From positions 1-43,082 of the forward strand of contig JBHLMP010000033.1 of assembly GCA_048938025.1 (NCBI GenBank): a stretch of 43,082 nt of DNA, read 5' to 3'. The stretch comes from Promethearchaeota archaeon (GTDB lineage Archaea; Asgardarchaeota; Lokiarchaeia; Sigyniarchaeales; SOKP01). The notes under the pieces are model-generated. The model saw only the letters and a program-made list of their open reading frames with translations, was not told where the DNA came from and ran no database searches. The position numbers and the translations under genes were made by a program. Below, one piece after another: positions 10,131 through 19,264 of this stretch (positions are counted from its first letter, which is position 1; every line of letters begins with the position of its first letter).

Positions 10131-12182
10131 TTACAATTCTTCATTTTCATTATTTTCGAAAAGTTCTGAATATGGCTCAAGAAAATTATTCTGACACATA
10201 GGACATGAATTATATTTAGAAAGCCAAAAAGCAACGCAAAGATAATGATATGTGCTAGCACAGAAAGGACAAGTGATAACTTGATCTCTTGCAAAGTTAA
10301 TAAAATTATGACATACTGTACACTGAATGTCTGATTGGGCAATTCCCTTTCTAATTTTAACTCTTGTAGATAAAATCTTTTCCAATTTTGATAATTCTAC
10401 CTGATAAAGACCTAATGAATGATTGAGTTGATTAATTTTTGAGTTAATTTCAACAATTCTTTCTTTTAACTCCTCTTCACTTAAATGTTCTGCTAAAAAG
10501 GATGATAAAGCAAAATTTAGTGGCAATTCTTCAAAATTTTCAGTTTGTTCAGAAATTTCAGTAATTGTCGCAAATAAAAGCCCTTCTTTTTCAATTAATT
10601 CTTTAAAACCTTTGAATAATTTATTTAATAATAACGAGATAAGAAATGCTAATTGTTGTCTTTTACGATTAAAATTATCCTCCCAAAGTTTGATGATTTG
10701 ATAAAGGTCAACATCATGTGATTTAACTGATTCTAACTTTTTATAAACCTCATCTTTGGCATTTTGGATTTTTTTATTACAATCACTTAAAATTTCTCTG
10801 ATATGTTTTAATTGGGGGAATTCCTCTTTTATTATTAGCGATGTCTGGTCCTCATATACTCTAATTAAATCATTCACTGCTGAAATTTTCTCAGTAATGA
10901 AATCTCTAATACCAACTCGTAATTCCTCATTCTTAACAGTTTCAATAAAACTTAAATATTCATTTTTTCTACGGAAAATCTCAGATGTAACATTTGAAAG
11001 AATTTTTTTTAATGAGTTTGTTATATTCTCATATGGTTTTAAATGAATTTCAAATCTTAATATCCAATCTTCAATATCATCGATTATCGAAGAAAAATTA
11101 TCAATCTTTCCATAATAGAAATTTGTTATTTCTTCAAATTCTTTTGATTGATTTACATCATTAATCTTTTCTTGAAATTTTTTCTCTATACCATTGATAA
11201 AAATTTCAACAATTTTAGGAAAAAAAATACCAATCTTCTGGTTTAAAAGCGATGCTACATTAGTCTTACTATCCTTTTCTGAGAGAAGAAATTCTTCAAC
11301 TTCATCAAGTACACTTTTCAATTTATCTGTAATTATACTTATAGCTAAAGGACGCACAAAATCTTTTAATTGTTTTATGACTTCTTTCCTTTCAAGAATA
11401 TTTATAAATTCTTCTCCCTCAAATTCTTCAAAAAGATTATTTTTATAGAGGAGGTAAATTAGATCTGAATAAGGCTTGATGTTTCCTTCATCTTTTGATA
11501 AATAATATTGGTACAATTCATCAAAATGGAATGATAAAATTCCTTCATCTTTATGTTTTTTTTCTTTTTTAGGAAAAACATCATTTAAACTCCTTACGAA
11601 TACATAAAGATCCTTAATTTCATTCCAGTTTTTAAAAGTATTCGGCAATTTATTTAATTTAAAGTTTAAATTTTTAATTCTATTTACCTCAATCCATAAA
11701 TAAATCTCATCATCATAGTTTGCTTCAATTTTTCTAATAGAATTTTTAAGAGTAGAATGTATCCTACTACTCTCATCGATAAGATGTTTTAAGTTTGATA
11801 ATGAATCTTCTAAAAATGATATTTTTTTAAATAATCTTTTAAGATTACGACTATTTGAATTTAAATTTTGTAGATTCTTTGAAATAAGATTTAGTTCTTC
11901 AACAATTTTTGATTTTAAATGATAAAAATTAATATTACCATTTGATATTGTCTCCTCAGAATTTTGTAAAAGATCCAGAAAAACTTTCAATTCATGTAGG
12001 TAATTTGAATATGAGTCAAGAATTGGAGTTGAAAGTTGTAATTTTGATTTTATATATTCCTCTATTTCAGATTCTCCAGCATTTTTAGATTCAAAATTTG
12101 CTAACTTGTTTTTTATCTCTAATAATTCTTCTTTAGTAAACCCACTTATTTCCTTAGCAACATTATTGAAAAGATTCAACAT
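10131..12182 (-). CDS. Coiled-coil protein with C-terminal RING finger (putative E3 ligase)
   Basis: CTVC-x13-CPFC-x4-HYLC-xxxW-x6-CPMC. Confidence 0.82.
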   Translation of the reverse strand: MLNLFNNVAKEISGFTKEELLEIKNKLANFESKNAGESEIEEYIKSKLQLSTPILDSYSNYLHELKVFLDLLQNSEETISNGNINFYHLKSKIVEELNLISKNLQNLNSNSRNLKRLFKKISFLEDSLSNLKHLIDESSRIHSTLKNSIRKIEANYDDEIYLWIEVNRIKNLNFKLNKLPNTFKNWNEIKDLYVFVRSLNDVFPKKEKKHKDEGILSFHFDELYQYYLSKDEGNIKPYSDLIYLLYKNNLFEEFEGEEFINILERKEVIKQLKDFVRPLAISIITDKLKSVLDEVEEFLLSEKDSKTNVASLLNQKIGIFFPKIVEIFINGIEKKFQEKINDVNQSKEFEEITNFYYGKIDNFSSIIDDIEDWILRFEIHLKPYENITNSLKKILSNVTSEIFRRKNEYLSFIETVKNEELRVGIRDFITEKISAVNDLIRVYEDQTSLIIKEEFPQLKHIREILSDCNKKIQNAKDEVYKKLESVKSHDVDLYQIIKLWEDNFNRKRQQLAFLISLLLNKLFKGFKELIEKEGLLFATITEISEQTENFEELPLNFALSSFLAEHLSEEELKERIVEINSKINQLNHSLGLYQVELSKLEKILSTRVKIRKGIAQSDIQCTVCHNFINFARDQVITCPFCASTYHYLCVAFWLSKYNSCPMCQNNFLEPYSELFENNENEEL

Positions 12183-12289
12183 AAAAATACTATGTATTAA
12201 TAGATTAGCTTATAATAATTAGAAATATATTATACAATAAATTCTTAATGATTAAAAAGAAATTATTTCTTAAGAAGGAGGGCTTTAAA

Positions 12290-12910
12290 TTATTCTCCTA
12301 ACTCTTTTATTTCTATAAATTTTTCTTCAGCACCATCTTTAGTTATTATCAGAAGATCAATACCATTACCACTCATAGCATCTCGTTTAATCGAGTTACT
12401 AATTGTTTTTTCCACTAATTGTTCCCCTTCTGCAACTGTCATATCTGGTCTATATTCTGCTTCTAAAATACCGTAAGATAACAGCATCCCGGTTCCAACA
12501 GCTGCAAAGTCATCCGGCATTAAACTCCCTATGGCATCTAACGTATATAATTTTGGACCATCCTTGTCTATTCCAGCAACTACAAGATTGTTATATAAGG
12601 GCATAAGCTTACGAGAATATAAATAGTTAGATACTAATTTTGCTAGGCTTTTTGTAGAAATACGCTCACCCGTCTCGATCTCATAAAGATTAGATTGCGC
12701 TCTTAGGATTCTTATCAAAATTTGAAAATCTCCTATCAAACCATAAGCACAAAGGCCGATATAGTCATTAATTTTAAAGATTTTCTGCGTAGATTTACTA
12801 ATAACCGTATATCCCCAAGTAGCTCTACGATCACTACCTAAAACAACACCATCCTTACATTTTATTCCCACAGATGCTGCTCCAGGAACAATTATTGATT
12901 GCTCGGACAT
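12290..12910 (-). CDS. psmB: 20S proteasome beta subunit, predicted non-catalytic
   Basis: VGIKCKDGVVLGSDRRAT, KIFKIND, DAIGS, RDAMSGNGID; GAASVG replaces GTTTVG. Confidence 0.93.
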   Translation of the reverse strand: MSEQSIIVPGAASVGIKCKDGVVLGSDRRATWGYTVISKSTQKIFKINDYIGLCAYGLIGDFQILIRILRAQSNLYEIETGERISTKSLAKLVSNYLYSRKLMPLYNNLVVAGIDKDGPKLYTLDAIGSLMPDDFAAVGTGMLLSYGILEAEYRPDMTVAEGEQLVEKTISNSIKRDAMSGNGIDLLIITKDGAEEKFIEIKELGE

Positions 12911-13020
12911 TTTCTCTATTAAAATAATAATAATTAAACTTAGTTACAAGAATAAAATAATCAGAATTAATTAAAATTTTTCTTTTAATTTATAAAATTT
13001 TACTCAATACATCAAAAAAT

Positions 13021-13505
13021 AAATTTCATTTATTATAATTCTACACTTATTATGTTTCATATTTAATTTAACCATGTGAATTATAAATTCAAGATAATTT
13101 TTACGTGTTAATTCAATTATGACTAAATGTTTATGATCAGATAATTCATAATATGATATTAAGTGGGGATTATTTTTTTCAATAAAAAATTTTTTAATTC
13201 CTTATTGAATTATAATAAAACCTATCTTATGAATAAATTTTTCAATATTAATATTTGAACAATTGTGATACTAAATAAACTCATTCATATTTTTAATATG
13301 ATCATTGAGTTAGTGATCCTATATAGGATGGTAAAACATTTATTGTGGATTGCCAATTTTCATTAAAATTTTTATAATTCCCCATTAAACCATAATAAAA
13401 CCTATTTTAAAGACCATTTACCCAAACTTGTTATTTGAATTATTTTCATTCTAACAAAATTAATTCATATTCTTTGTATGATCAACCAACAAATGATCAT
13501 AGAAA
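13021..13505. repeat. Degenerate non-coding tandem repeat, 180-bp period (~2.5 units)
   Basis: ATAATAAAACCTAT at 13212 and 13392; ATTCATAT...TATGATCA at 13283 and 13463; TGATC at 13134, 13314, 13494; 13201-13320 vs 13381-13500 about 70% identical without gaps (hand alignment). Confidence 0.7.
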
Positions 13506-13588
13506 GTTATCCTTTAATTGAAATATAAATTTTTTGTCGTAATTTTTTTCCCATTTAACTCTTTTTATTCTTCTGATTCGCCATAACA

Positions 13589-13596
13589 TTTAAATA
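13589..13596 (+). promoter_or_regulatory. Candidate TATA box for histone gene
   Basis: TTTAAATA preceded by A-rich segment, ~110 bp upstream of ATG; GGAGG RBS at 13688. Confidence 0.35.
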
Positions 13597-13702
13597 ACTC
13601 TTCAGATATAATATTATCTAAGACACTTTAAAAATAAATTAAAAAAAAATTAAAACCTTAAATTTTTAAAATTACCAATTACTAAGTGGAGGAAAAATAA
13701 TT

Positions 13703-13921
13703 ATGGCAAAGAAAAAGCATTCCTTTGCATGGAGTCCAATTCGAAGATTGATGAAGCAACAAGGTGCAACAATTGTAGCTCGTAATGCGGTTGATCTATT
13801 AATTGATCATTTAGAAAAGACAGCCTCAGGATTAACTTCGCAAGCAAGAGCATTCACAACTCATGCAAACAGGAAAAAGATTACCAAGAACGATCTTCTT
13901 CTCTCAATAAAATATAAATAA
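13703..13921 (+). CDS. Archaeal histone (HMf-type histone fold)
   Basis: SPIRRLMK..GA..V...AV..L...HANRKKIT..D; short basic N-terminus AKKKH. Confidence 0.93.
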   Translation: MAKKKHSFAWSPIRRLMKQQGATIVARNAVDLLIDHLEKTASGLTSQARAFTTHANRKKITKNDLLLSIKYK

Positions 13922-14047
13922 AAGATCTTCTTGGAAAATTGAATCAAAAACATATTTTTTTTCTATTTTTAGTTTTTAAATATTTCTAAAAGACACCTCA
14001 TTTACTTTCATCAAATTTCTTCTACATTAATACTTTGAGCATTCTAT
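13893..14047 (+). repeat. Direct repeat copy 1 (histone 3' end plus T-rich terminator region)
   Basis: ATCTTCTTCTCTCAATAAAATATAAATAAAAGATCTTCTTGGAAAATTGAATCAAAAACA... matches 16130 onward. Confidence 0.88.
13955..13977 (+). terminator. Oligo-T archaeal terminator after histone
   Basis: TTTTTTTTCTATTTTTAGTTTTT tract ~35 bp after stop. Confidence 0.55.
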
Positions 14048-14119
14048 CTATATGTAACAATCAAAAAAGACTCGATACAAATAATAAGTTCAAATAAAAT
14101 AAATAAATAGGATTTAGGT

Positions 14120-16009
14120 TTAACTTTTTTTAATCATCCTTTTTTTAATCGCTAAAGCAATGGCAACACCTAAAGTAGCTACCATCAACACTAATATGTA
14201 ACCTGAAATTACAGGAGAACCTGGTTTTTCGAGTCCCCCATCTATAATTGTCCAAGAAAAGTTAGTAATGATAAATTGTCTTGCATCCGAAGCTACACTG
14301 CTATATTTTGAATTACCTGCATTAAATGTTACACCGAATTGTAAGGTTAATTGCGACCAACCTAATAATAAATTATCATAATTAAACGTCGACAGTTTAA
14401 CTGCATAGAACATATTATTCATTGCTGTCACGCTCGAGACATTCCAATTTCCAAGGGGTTGGTCAAATGAAGAAGCACTATAGAACATATAGCTCATAGA
14501 TGTTACACTCGAAACATCCCAATTACCGAGAGACTGATTGAATGAAGAAGCACCAGAGAACATATAACCCATATATGTTACGCTCGAGACATCCCAATTA
14601 CCGATAGGCTGATTAAATGAAGAAGCCCCCCAAAACATCATACCCATTTCTGTCACGCTCGAGACATCCCAATTGCTTATAGGTTGGTTGAACGAAGAAG
14701 CATCCCTAAACATCCTACCCATAAATATCACGCTTGAGACATCCCAGTTGCCGATGGGTTGATTGAATGAAGAGGCACTATCAAACATCATAGACATATC
14801 TATTATGCTCGAGACGTTCCAATTGCCAATGGGCTGGTTGAATAAAGAAGCCCCATAGAACATCTCATAAATGTACATCACACTCGAGACATCCCAATTG
14901 CTAATGGGCTGGTTGAATGAAGAAGCCCCCCTAAACATCTCTCTCATATCTACTACGCTCGAGACATCCCAATTGCTAATAAGCTGGTTGAAAGAGGAAG
15001 CCTCATAGAACATCCTATCCATATATGACACACTCGAGACATCCCAATTACCGATGGGCTGATTAAATGAAGAAGCCCCCTCGAACATCCCTGCCATATC
15101 TACTACACTCGAGACATCCCAATTGCTAATGGGCTGGTTGAAAGAGGAAGCCTCATGGAACATCCTTCTCATATTTACCACGCTCGAGACATCCCAATTG
15201 CCGATGGGTTGGTTGAACGAAGAAGCTCCATAGAACATCTCATAAATGTACATCACACTCGAGACATCCCAATTACCAATGGGCTGGTTGAAAGAGGAAG
15301 CCTCATGGAACATCCCAACCATGGTCGTCACGCTCGAGACATCCCAGCCATTCATATTACCACTACTACCAAGATTTTCGCAACCTACAAAAGCATCAGA
15401 TAAATTAGTCGTACCTGTTAAATTCAAATTATCAGTAGCCGTGAGTTTTAAATTGAAACACCCGGAAAAATAAGCTCCTGAATCTCCTAATCGTAGGCAA
15501 CCCCATTGTTGGATTTCAAGTATCTTCAATCGATCTCCAACATTATTAAACCGCCAGCCTATGATGGTTCCTGTGATATTAATGGTGTACACTCCTTCGG
15601 AAGCATAGGTATGGGTAACGGCAGCATGATTCCAGATCGTGATCGTGTCATTACTCTCGTCGCCCCAATCCACAAAAAAGTTATAATTTCCACCCGATTG
15701 CAGTGGTAAACGTATTTGATTGCTACTGGTTGAACCCGGCTCGGTCGTGTTCCAGACTGAGATAAACACATTTGGATCTGATGCGACTGGATATTTGCTA
15801 TTAGAAACGAAACTTGTCTCCTCCGTTTCCCAACGCGACGTAAAATCGTTCGGATCTGATGCAATAGATGATAAAAATTCCATACTGGTGAATGTTTGCT
15901 TTTGTCCATAAAAAGGGGATGTAAAGGTCGAAATGTTTACTAATACTAAAGATAATACTACAAAAACTGCATCTAACTTTACTACTTTATTTTTTATCAA
16001 TCTAATCAC
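14120..16009 (-). CDS. DUF285/BspA-like LRR surface protein with signal peptide, PKD-like domain and C-terminal sorting anchor (Loki-CTERM-like)
   Basis: N-terminal hydrophobic segment; VDWGD...[15 protein letters not shown]; 13 x [25 protein letters not shown]; ISGY+TM+KKR tail. Confidence 0.9.
   Translation of the reverse strand: MIRLIKNKVVKLDAVFVVLSLVLVNISTFTSPFYGQKQTFTSMEFLSSIASDPNDFTSRWETEETSFVSNSKYPVASDPNVFISVWNTTEPGSTSSNQIRLPLQSGGNYNFFVDWGDESNDTITIWNHAAVTHTYASEGVYTINITGTIIGWRFNNVGDRLKILEIQQWGCLRLGDSGAYFSGCFNLKLTATDNLNLTGTTNLSDAFVGCENLGSSGNMNGWDVSSVTTMVGMFHEASSFNQPIGNWDVSSVMYIYEMFYGASSFNQPIGNWDVSSVVNMRRMFHEASSFNQPISNWDVSSVVDMAGMFEGASSFNQPIGNWDVSSVSYMDRMFYEASSFNQLISNWDVSSVVDMREMFRGASSFNQPISNWDVSSVMYIYEMFYGASLFNQPIGNWNVSSIIDMSMMFDSASSFNQPIGNWDVSSVIFMGRMFRDASSFNQPISNWDVSSVTEMGMMFWGASSFNQPIGNWDVSSVTYMGYMFSGASSFNQSLGNWDVSSVTSMSYMFYSASSFDQPLGNWNVSSVTAMNNMFYAVKLSTFNYDNLLLGWSQLTLQFGVTFNAGNSKYSSVASDARQFIITNFSWTIIDGGLEKPGSPVISGYILVLMVATLGVAIALAIKKRMIKKS
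14393..15367 (-). repeat. 13 x 75-bp (25-aa) coding tandem repeat
   Basis: CTCGAGACATCCCAATT core recurs every 75 bp. Confidence 0.95.
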
Positions 16010-16129
16010 ATTAACTTATTAACTTTTTAACATTTATGTAGATTTCGTATGTTATGTTATAGTTTTGCCTCTCTAACATTTAAATGTTTCGTAAGTCGCG
16101 AATTACATTAAATACTCTAGAAAAATCTT

Positions 16130-16290
16130 ATCTGCTTCTCTCAATAAAATATAAATAAAAGATTTTCTTGGAAAATTGAATTAAAAACAATTTTTTTTTC
16201 TATTTTTTATTATTAACTATTTGTAAAAGACATTTCACTCATTTTCATCAAATTCTTTTTAAGATAAAATTAATACCTTGATAATTGTAT
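16130..16290 (+). repeat. Direct repeat copy 2 (duplicated histone 3' end plus terminator region)
   Basis: ATCTGCTTCTCTCAATAAAATATAAATAAAAGATTTTCTTGGAAAATTGAATTAAAAACA...; encodes LLLSIKYK* without the rest of the histone. Confidence 0.88.
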
Positions 16291-16351
16291 TTTAAAGGTT
16301 TAAATAAAGACTAGTAATAAAGAGAATATATTTTTTAGATCTTATACTTTA

Positions 16352-17326
16352 ATGAATGCTCATCTCAATTTATTAAAAAAACTTGAAGATTCATTTTGCA
16401 GCAATAATCCGAGGAGAGAAAAAGTCCTAATCAAGATTTTGGGTTACGGTGAAATGAGTGTAGTTTTTGAAATTTTAGATAATTTTAATGGATATGCCTA
16501 TAAAAGACTGGCAATTTTCGATGAAGAAAGTCAAATAGAAAGACAAATTCAAGCTTTTAAAGAATATTACAGGATTTTAACTGAAAAAATTGGTATAAAT
16601 ACTCCTCCATATGAAATTATTTGGTTTAGAGATAGATTCGAAAAAATAAAGTTTTATTATATTCAGCAAAAGCTTCCTTCTATATCTATAGGCAATAATG
16701 CTATCCATTATTTAGGCGAAAATGATATTAAGAATTTAGTTTTGTTAATAATGAGAGAGATGAGAAAAGTATGGCTTTTCAACCAATCAAATGATAGGAT
16801 AAAAGTGGGTTTTGATAGCCAGATCTCTAATTTTGCTATAGAAAATTTTAACCAAAACAATTCTAAAATAGGAACAAATTCGATTTTAATCTATTTAGAT
16901 ACAATCCCTCCTTTTTTTCGGATAAATGGCAACGAAGCGATGGACATTAATCTTTTATTAAAAACTGTACCTACATTCTTAAAGTGGATCCTGAAGATTA
17001 ATTATATACAAAAAATTATGAAAAACGTTGTCAATAGGTACTATGATCTACGCACCACTACTATTGATCTTATTGCTAATTTCTCAAAGGAGCAGAAATC
17101 TGATTTGATCCCTGCTTTAGTTAAATTAGTTAATAATTTTTTTACTCAAGAGGCTTCTGAACTAAATATTGAACCAATTTATTTGAATGAGGTTATAAAA
17201 TATTATAAACATGATAGATTAATATGGATTATATACCAATACTTAAGAAGGGTAGATAAATTCATGATAACTAAATTATTTCGAAGGAGATATGAATTTT
17301 TCCTTCCTCCAAAAATTAAAAGATAA
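16352..17326 (+). CDS. Kinase-like fold protein (DUF6206-like)
   Basis: LGYGEMSVV (Gly loop), AYKR, DSQISNF, YLDT motifs. Confidence 0.6.
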   Translation: MNAHLNLLKKLEDSFCSNNPRREKVLIKILGYGEMSVVFEILDNFNGYAYKRLAIFDEESQIERQIQAFKEYYRILTEKIGINTPPYEIIWFRDRFEKIKFYYIQQKLPSISIGNNAIHYLGENDIKNLVLLIMREMRKVWLFNQSNDRIKVGFDSQISNFAIENFNQNNSKIGTNSILIYLDTIPPFFRINGNEAMDINLLLKTVPTFLKWILKINYIQKIMKNVVNRYYDLRTTTIDLIANFSKEQKSDLIPALVKLVNNFFTQEASELNIEPIYLNEVIKYYKHDRLIWIIYQYLRRVDKFMITKLFRRRYEFFLPPKIKR

Positions 17327-17485
17327 AAAAATTTATTACGTCCTCTAATATATCAAAAACGATATTCCTTTCACAGATCTCAAGATTAATCCTTTGATAG
17401 TTGAATTTTAAAAGGGTTAAATACAATAAATAGTAACCAAAATATATTTTTTAATTCATAACTTATTAATCATAGATCATTATTA

Positions 17486-18151
17486 GTGAAAAATTGGATG
17501 CAAATGGCTGAAAATTCTGAAGAAAATAGTAATCTACAAGTAAATGGAAAAGCGAAAGAAATATTATTTCAATCTATGGAATTGATAATGAAGAATCTTC
17601 AGGAAAATATGGAACATCTTAATAAACCTAGACATTTTAAACATACCCAAAAGTTTATTGAAATGGTTTATGATGGTTTAGTGAATAAGAGAAGATTTTT
17701 CTTATTAGCGTCGGGGAGAAGTGCTTTTATATTACAATGTTTTGCTACGAGATTAGTCCATCTTGGAGCAGAGATATATATAGTTACTAATTTGGCAAGT
17801 ATGCCTGCTCTTAGAAATAAAGATATTCTAATTATTCTTTCTGGGTCAGGAACTACAGATATTGTTGTCTCGCTTCTAAAAAATATTGTAAATACTGTTA
17901 AACCATTTGGAATAGTCGCAATTACCTCTCATCCCGAAACAATTATTGGAAGAACAGGAGACGTTACAATTAAGCTTAAAGGTAGAACTAAAAAAGATAA
18001 AGTGACAGGAGATACAGCTGTTTTAACACCAGAAGGTACCATGTTTGAGGCTGCCGCATTCAGCTATTTAGATGCAATTATAGCTGAATTAGCTATTAAG
18101 CTTGGTAAAACTGATGAGGATATGCTCAAAAAGCATTCCCAAACTACATAA
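17486..18151 (+). CDS. hxlB: SIS-domain 6-phospho-3-hexuloisomerase-like protein
   Basis: SGRS, FATRLVHLG, LSGSGTT, P.GT.FE, MLKKH; real start probably ATG 17498 or 17504. Confidence 0.8.
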   Translation: MKNWMQMAENSEENSNLQVNGKAKEILFQSMELIMKNLQENMEHLNKPRHFKHTQKFIEMVYDGLVNKRRFFLLASGRSAFILQCFATRLVHLGAEIYIVTNLASMPALRNKDILIILSGSGTTDIVVSLLKNIVNTVKPFGIVAITSHPETIIGRTGDVTIKLKGRTKKDKVTGDTAVLTPEGTMFEAAAFSYLDAIIAELAIKLGKTDEDMLKKHSQTT

Positions 18152-18235
18152 CCCTATTTTTGGTTTAAATATTTAACAAGAATTCTATTTATCTTTTATA
18201 GTAAACATTAATAATTAACTTGAATAATTATTATT

Positions 18236-18300
18236 TGCGCCGATTTATAGTGTTTTTATGAGAATTTAATTCAATGAATAATAATCTCCAAATCGGCGCA
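18236..18300. repeat. GC-rich 11-bp perfect inverted repeat TGCGCCGATTT/AAATCGGCGCA, 43-nt spacer
   Basis: Arms at 18236-18246 and 18290-18300 between convergent genes. Confidence 0.8.
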
Positions 18301-18304
18301 CATT

Positions 18305-19174
18305 TTATATGAGTAAGGCACCAATTGCGGCACAATATTCTGAATTCTTTAAAAATACTGCTTTTTTTTTGTTAACCTTACATATTAATGCTAAAATTTT
18401 CTTTGCTAACCTATTTTCTTTTAAAAAACCTCCACAAAAAATAATACTTGAAATATCATAATTTTCGGCCATTAAGTTTGCCATTGTGCTTATATTTTCA
18501 GCGATCATGCATATTATTGAATTGATACAATCCTCTTTTTTCAAATTATTCATATTGAAATTTAGATCAATCTTTCCCAAGGATGCCGCTGTAAACTCCC
18601 TAAATAGTAAATCAACTCTGTCATCTTCAGGAGCATAAATATCAGATACTTTTAAATCAACATTATACCTAGTTCCTTTTTTAGCTAGGTTTAAAGCATC
18701 TTGGAAATCATCTAAATTGAATAAAATTTTAATCAACCCCATTAAAAAACCTCCTCCCAAAGCAGTACCCCCTAGGTGCTCAACAGAATCTTTTTTAGAA
18801 ACCATCGAGGTTCCTGTTCCGATGGTCACGATTAAAGAAGGAGATAGCTCTTTCTTTTTTTCTAATAGATGAAGGATTTCAATTCCTTTAACGTTAGCTT
18901 CAAATTCATTTATTAATTTTGTTTCAACTGTTTGTGAATAGTGTTGATATAAATTGAAGCTTTTTCCTCCTGTAAAATTAATTTTTTTGAATTGTTTTAC
19001 ATTCGACTCTAAAGCTATTTTGAGTGAAGTTAAATCAGATTGAGTTAGATAGTAAGATAATTGTAATGTATCACCATTTAAATAAGCAATTTTGGAAAGC
19101 GTTTGGCCCATATCGACTCCAATTGTATCTGCTGGTATTTTAATATTTAGATTATCTATGTTTATACTAAACAT
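18305..19174 (-). CDS. Type II pantothenate kinase (Fumble/CoaW-like)
   Basis: GVDMGQTLSK, IGTGTS, GGTALGGG, DLKVSDIY, TAASLGK, FCGGF, AIGAL. Confidence 0.85.
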   Translation of the reverse strand: MFSINIDNLNIKIPADTIGVDMGQTLSKIAYLNGDTLQLSYYLTQSDLTSLKIALESNVKQFKKINFTGGKSFNLYQHYSQTVETKLINEFEANVKGIEILHLLEKKKELSPSLIVTIGTGTSMVSKKDSVEHLGGTALGGGFLMGLIKILFNLDDFQDALNLAKKGTRYNVDLKVSDIYAPEDDRVDLLFREFTAASLGKIDLNFNMNNLKKEDCINSIICMIAENISTMANLMAENYDISSIIFCGGFLKENRLAKKILALICKVNKKKAVFLKNSEYCAAIGALLI

Positions 19175-19264
19175 CTTTTTTATCCCTTAACTTAAAATTC
19201 TAATCTTTCATTATTTTATATTAATATTTCAATTTAATAAATCAATTTTGTAAATCATTCTTAC

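Larger units (their letters stand above)
14048..16290. mobile_element. Putative islet integrated at histone 3' end (no integrase present)
   Basis: Bracketed by long direct repeats containing the last histone codons; cargo gene visibly more GC-rich than flanks. Confidence 0.5.

Noticed and set aside
12911-13702. Replication origin or decayed gene in the long spacer
   Set aside because: No ORB-like G-string boxes or adjacent orc1/cdc6; the frames examined close quickly.
13703-13725. Eukaryote-like histone tail
   Set aside because: Only about five basic residues (AKKKH); too short to call a true tail.
14393-15367. Repeat array as CRISPR
   Set aside because: Exact 75-bp in-frame period coding 25-aa DUF285 units; no unique spacers or cas genes.
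14393-15367. Diversity-generating retroelement
   Set aside because: No reverse transcriptase or non-coding template repeat visible in the window.
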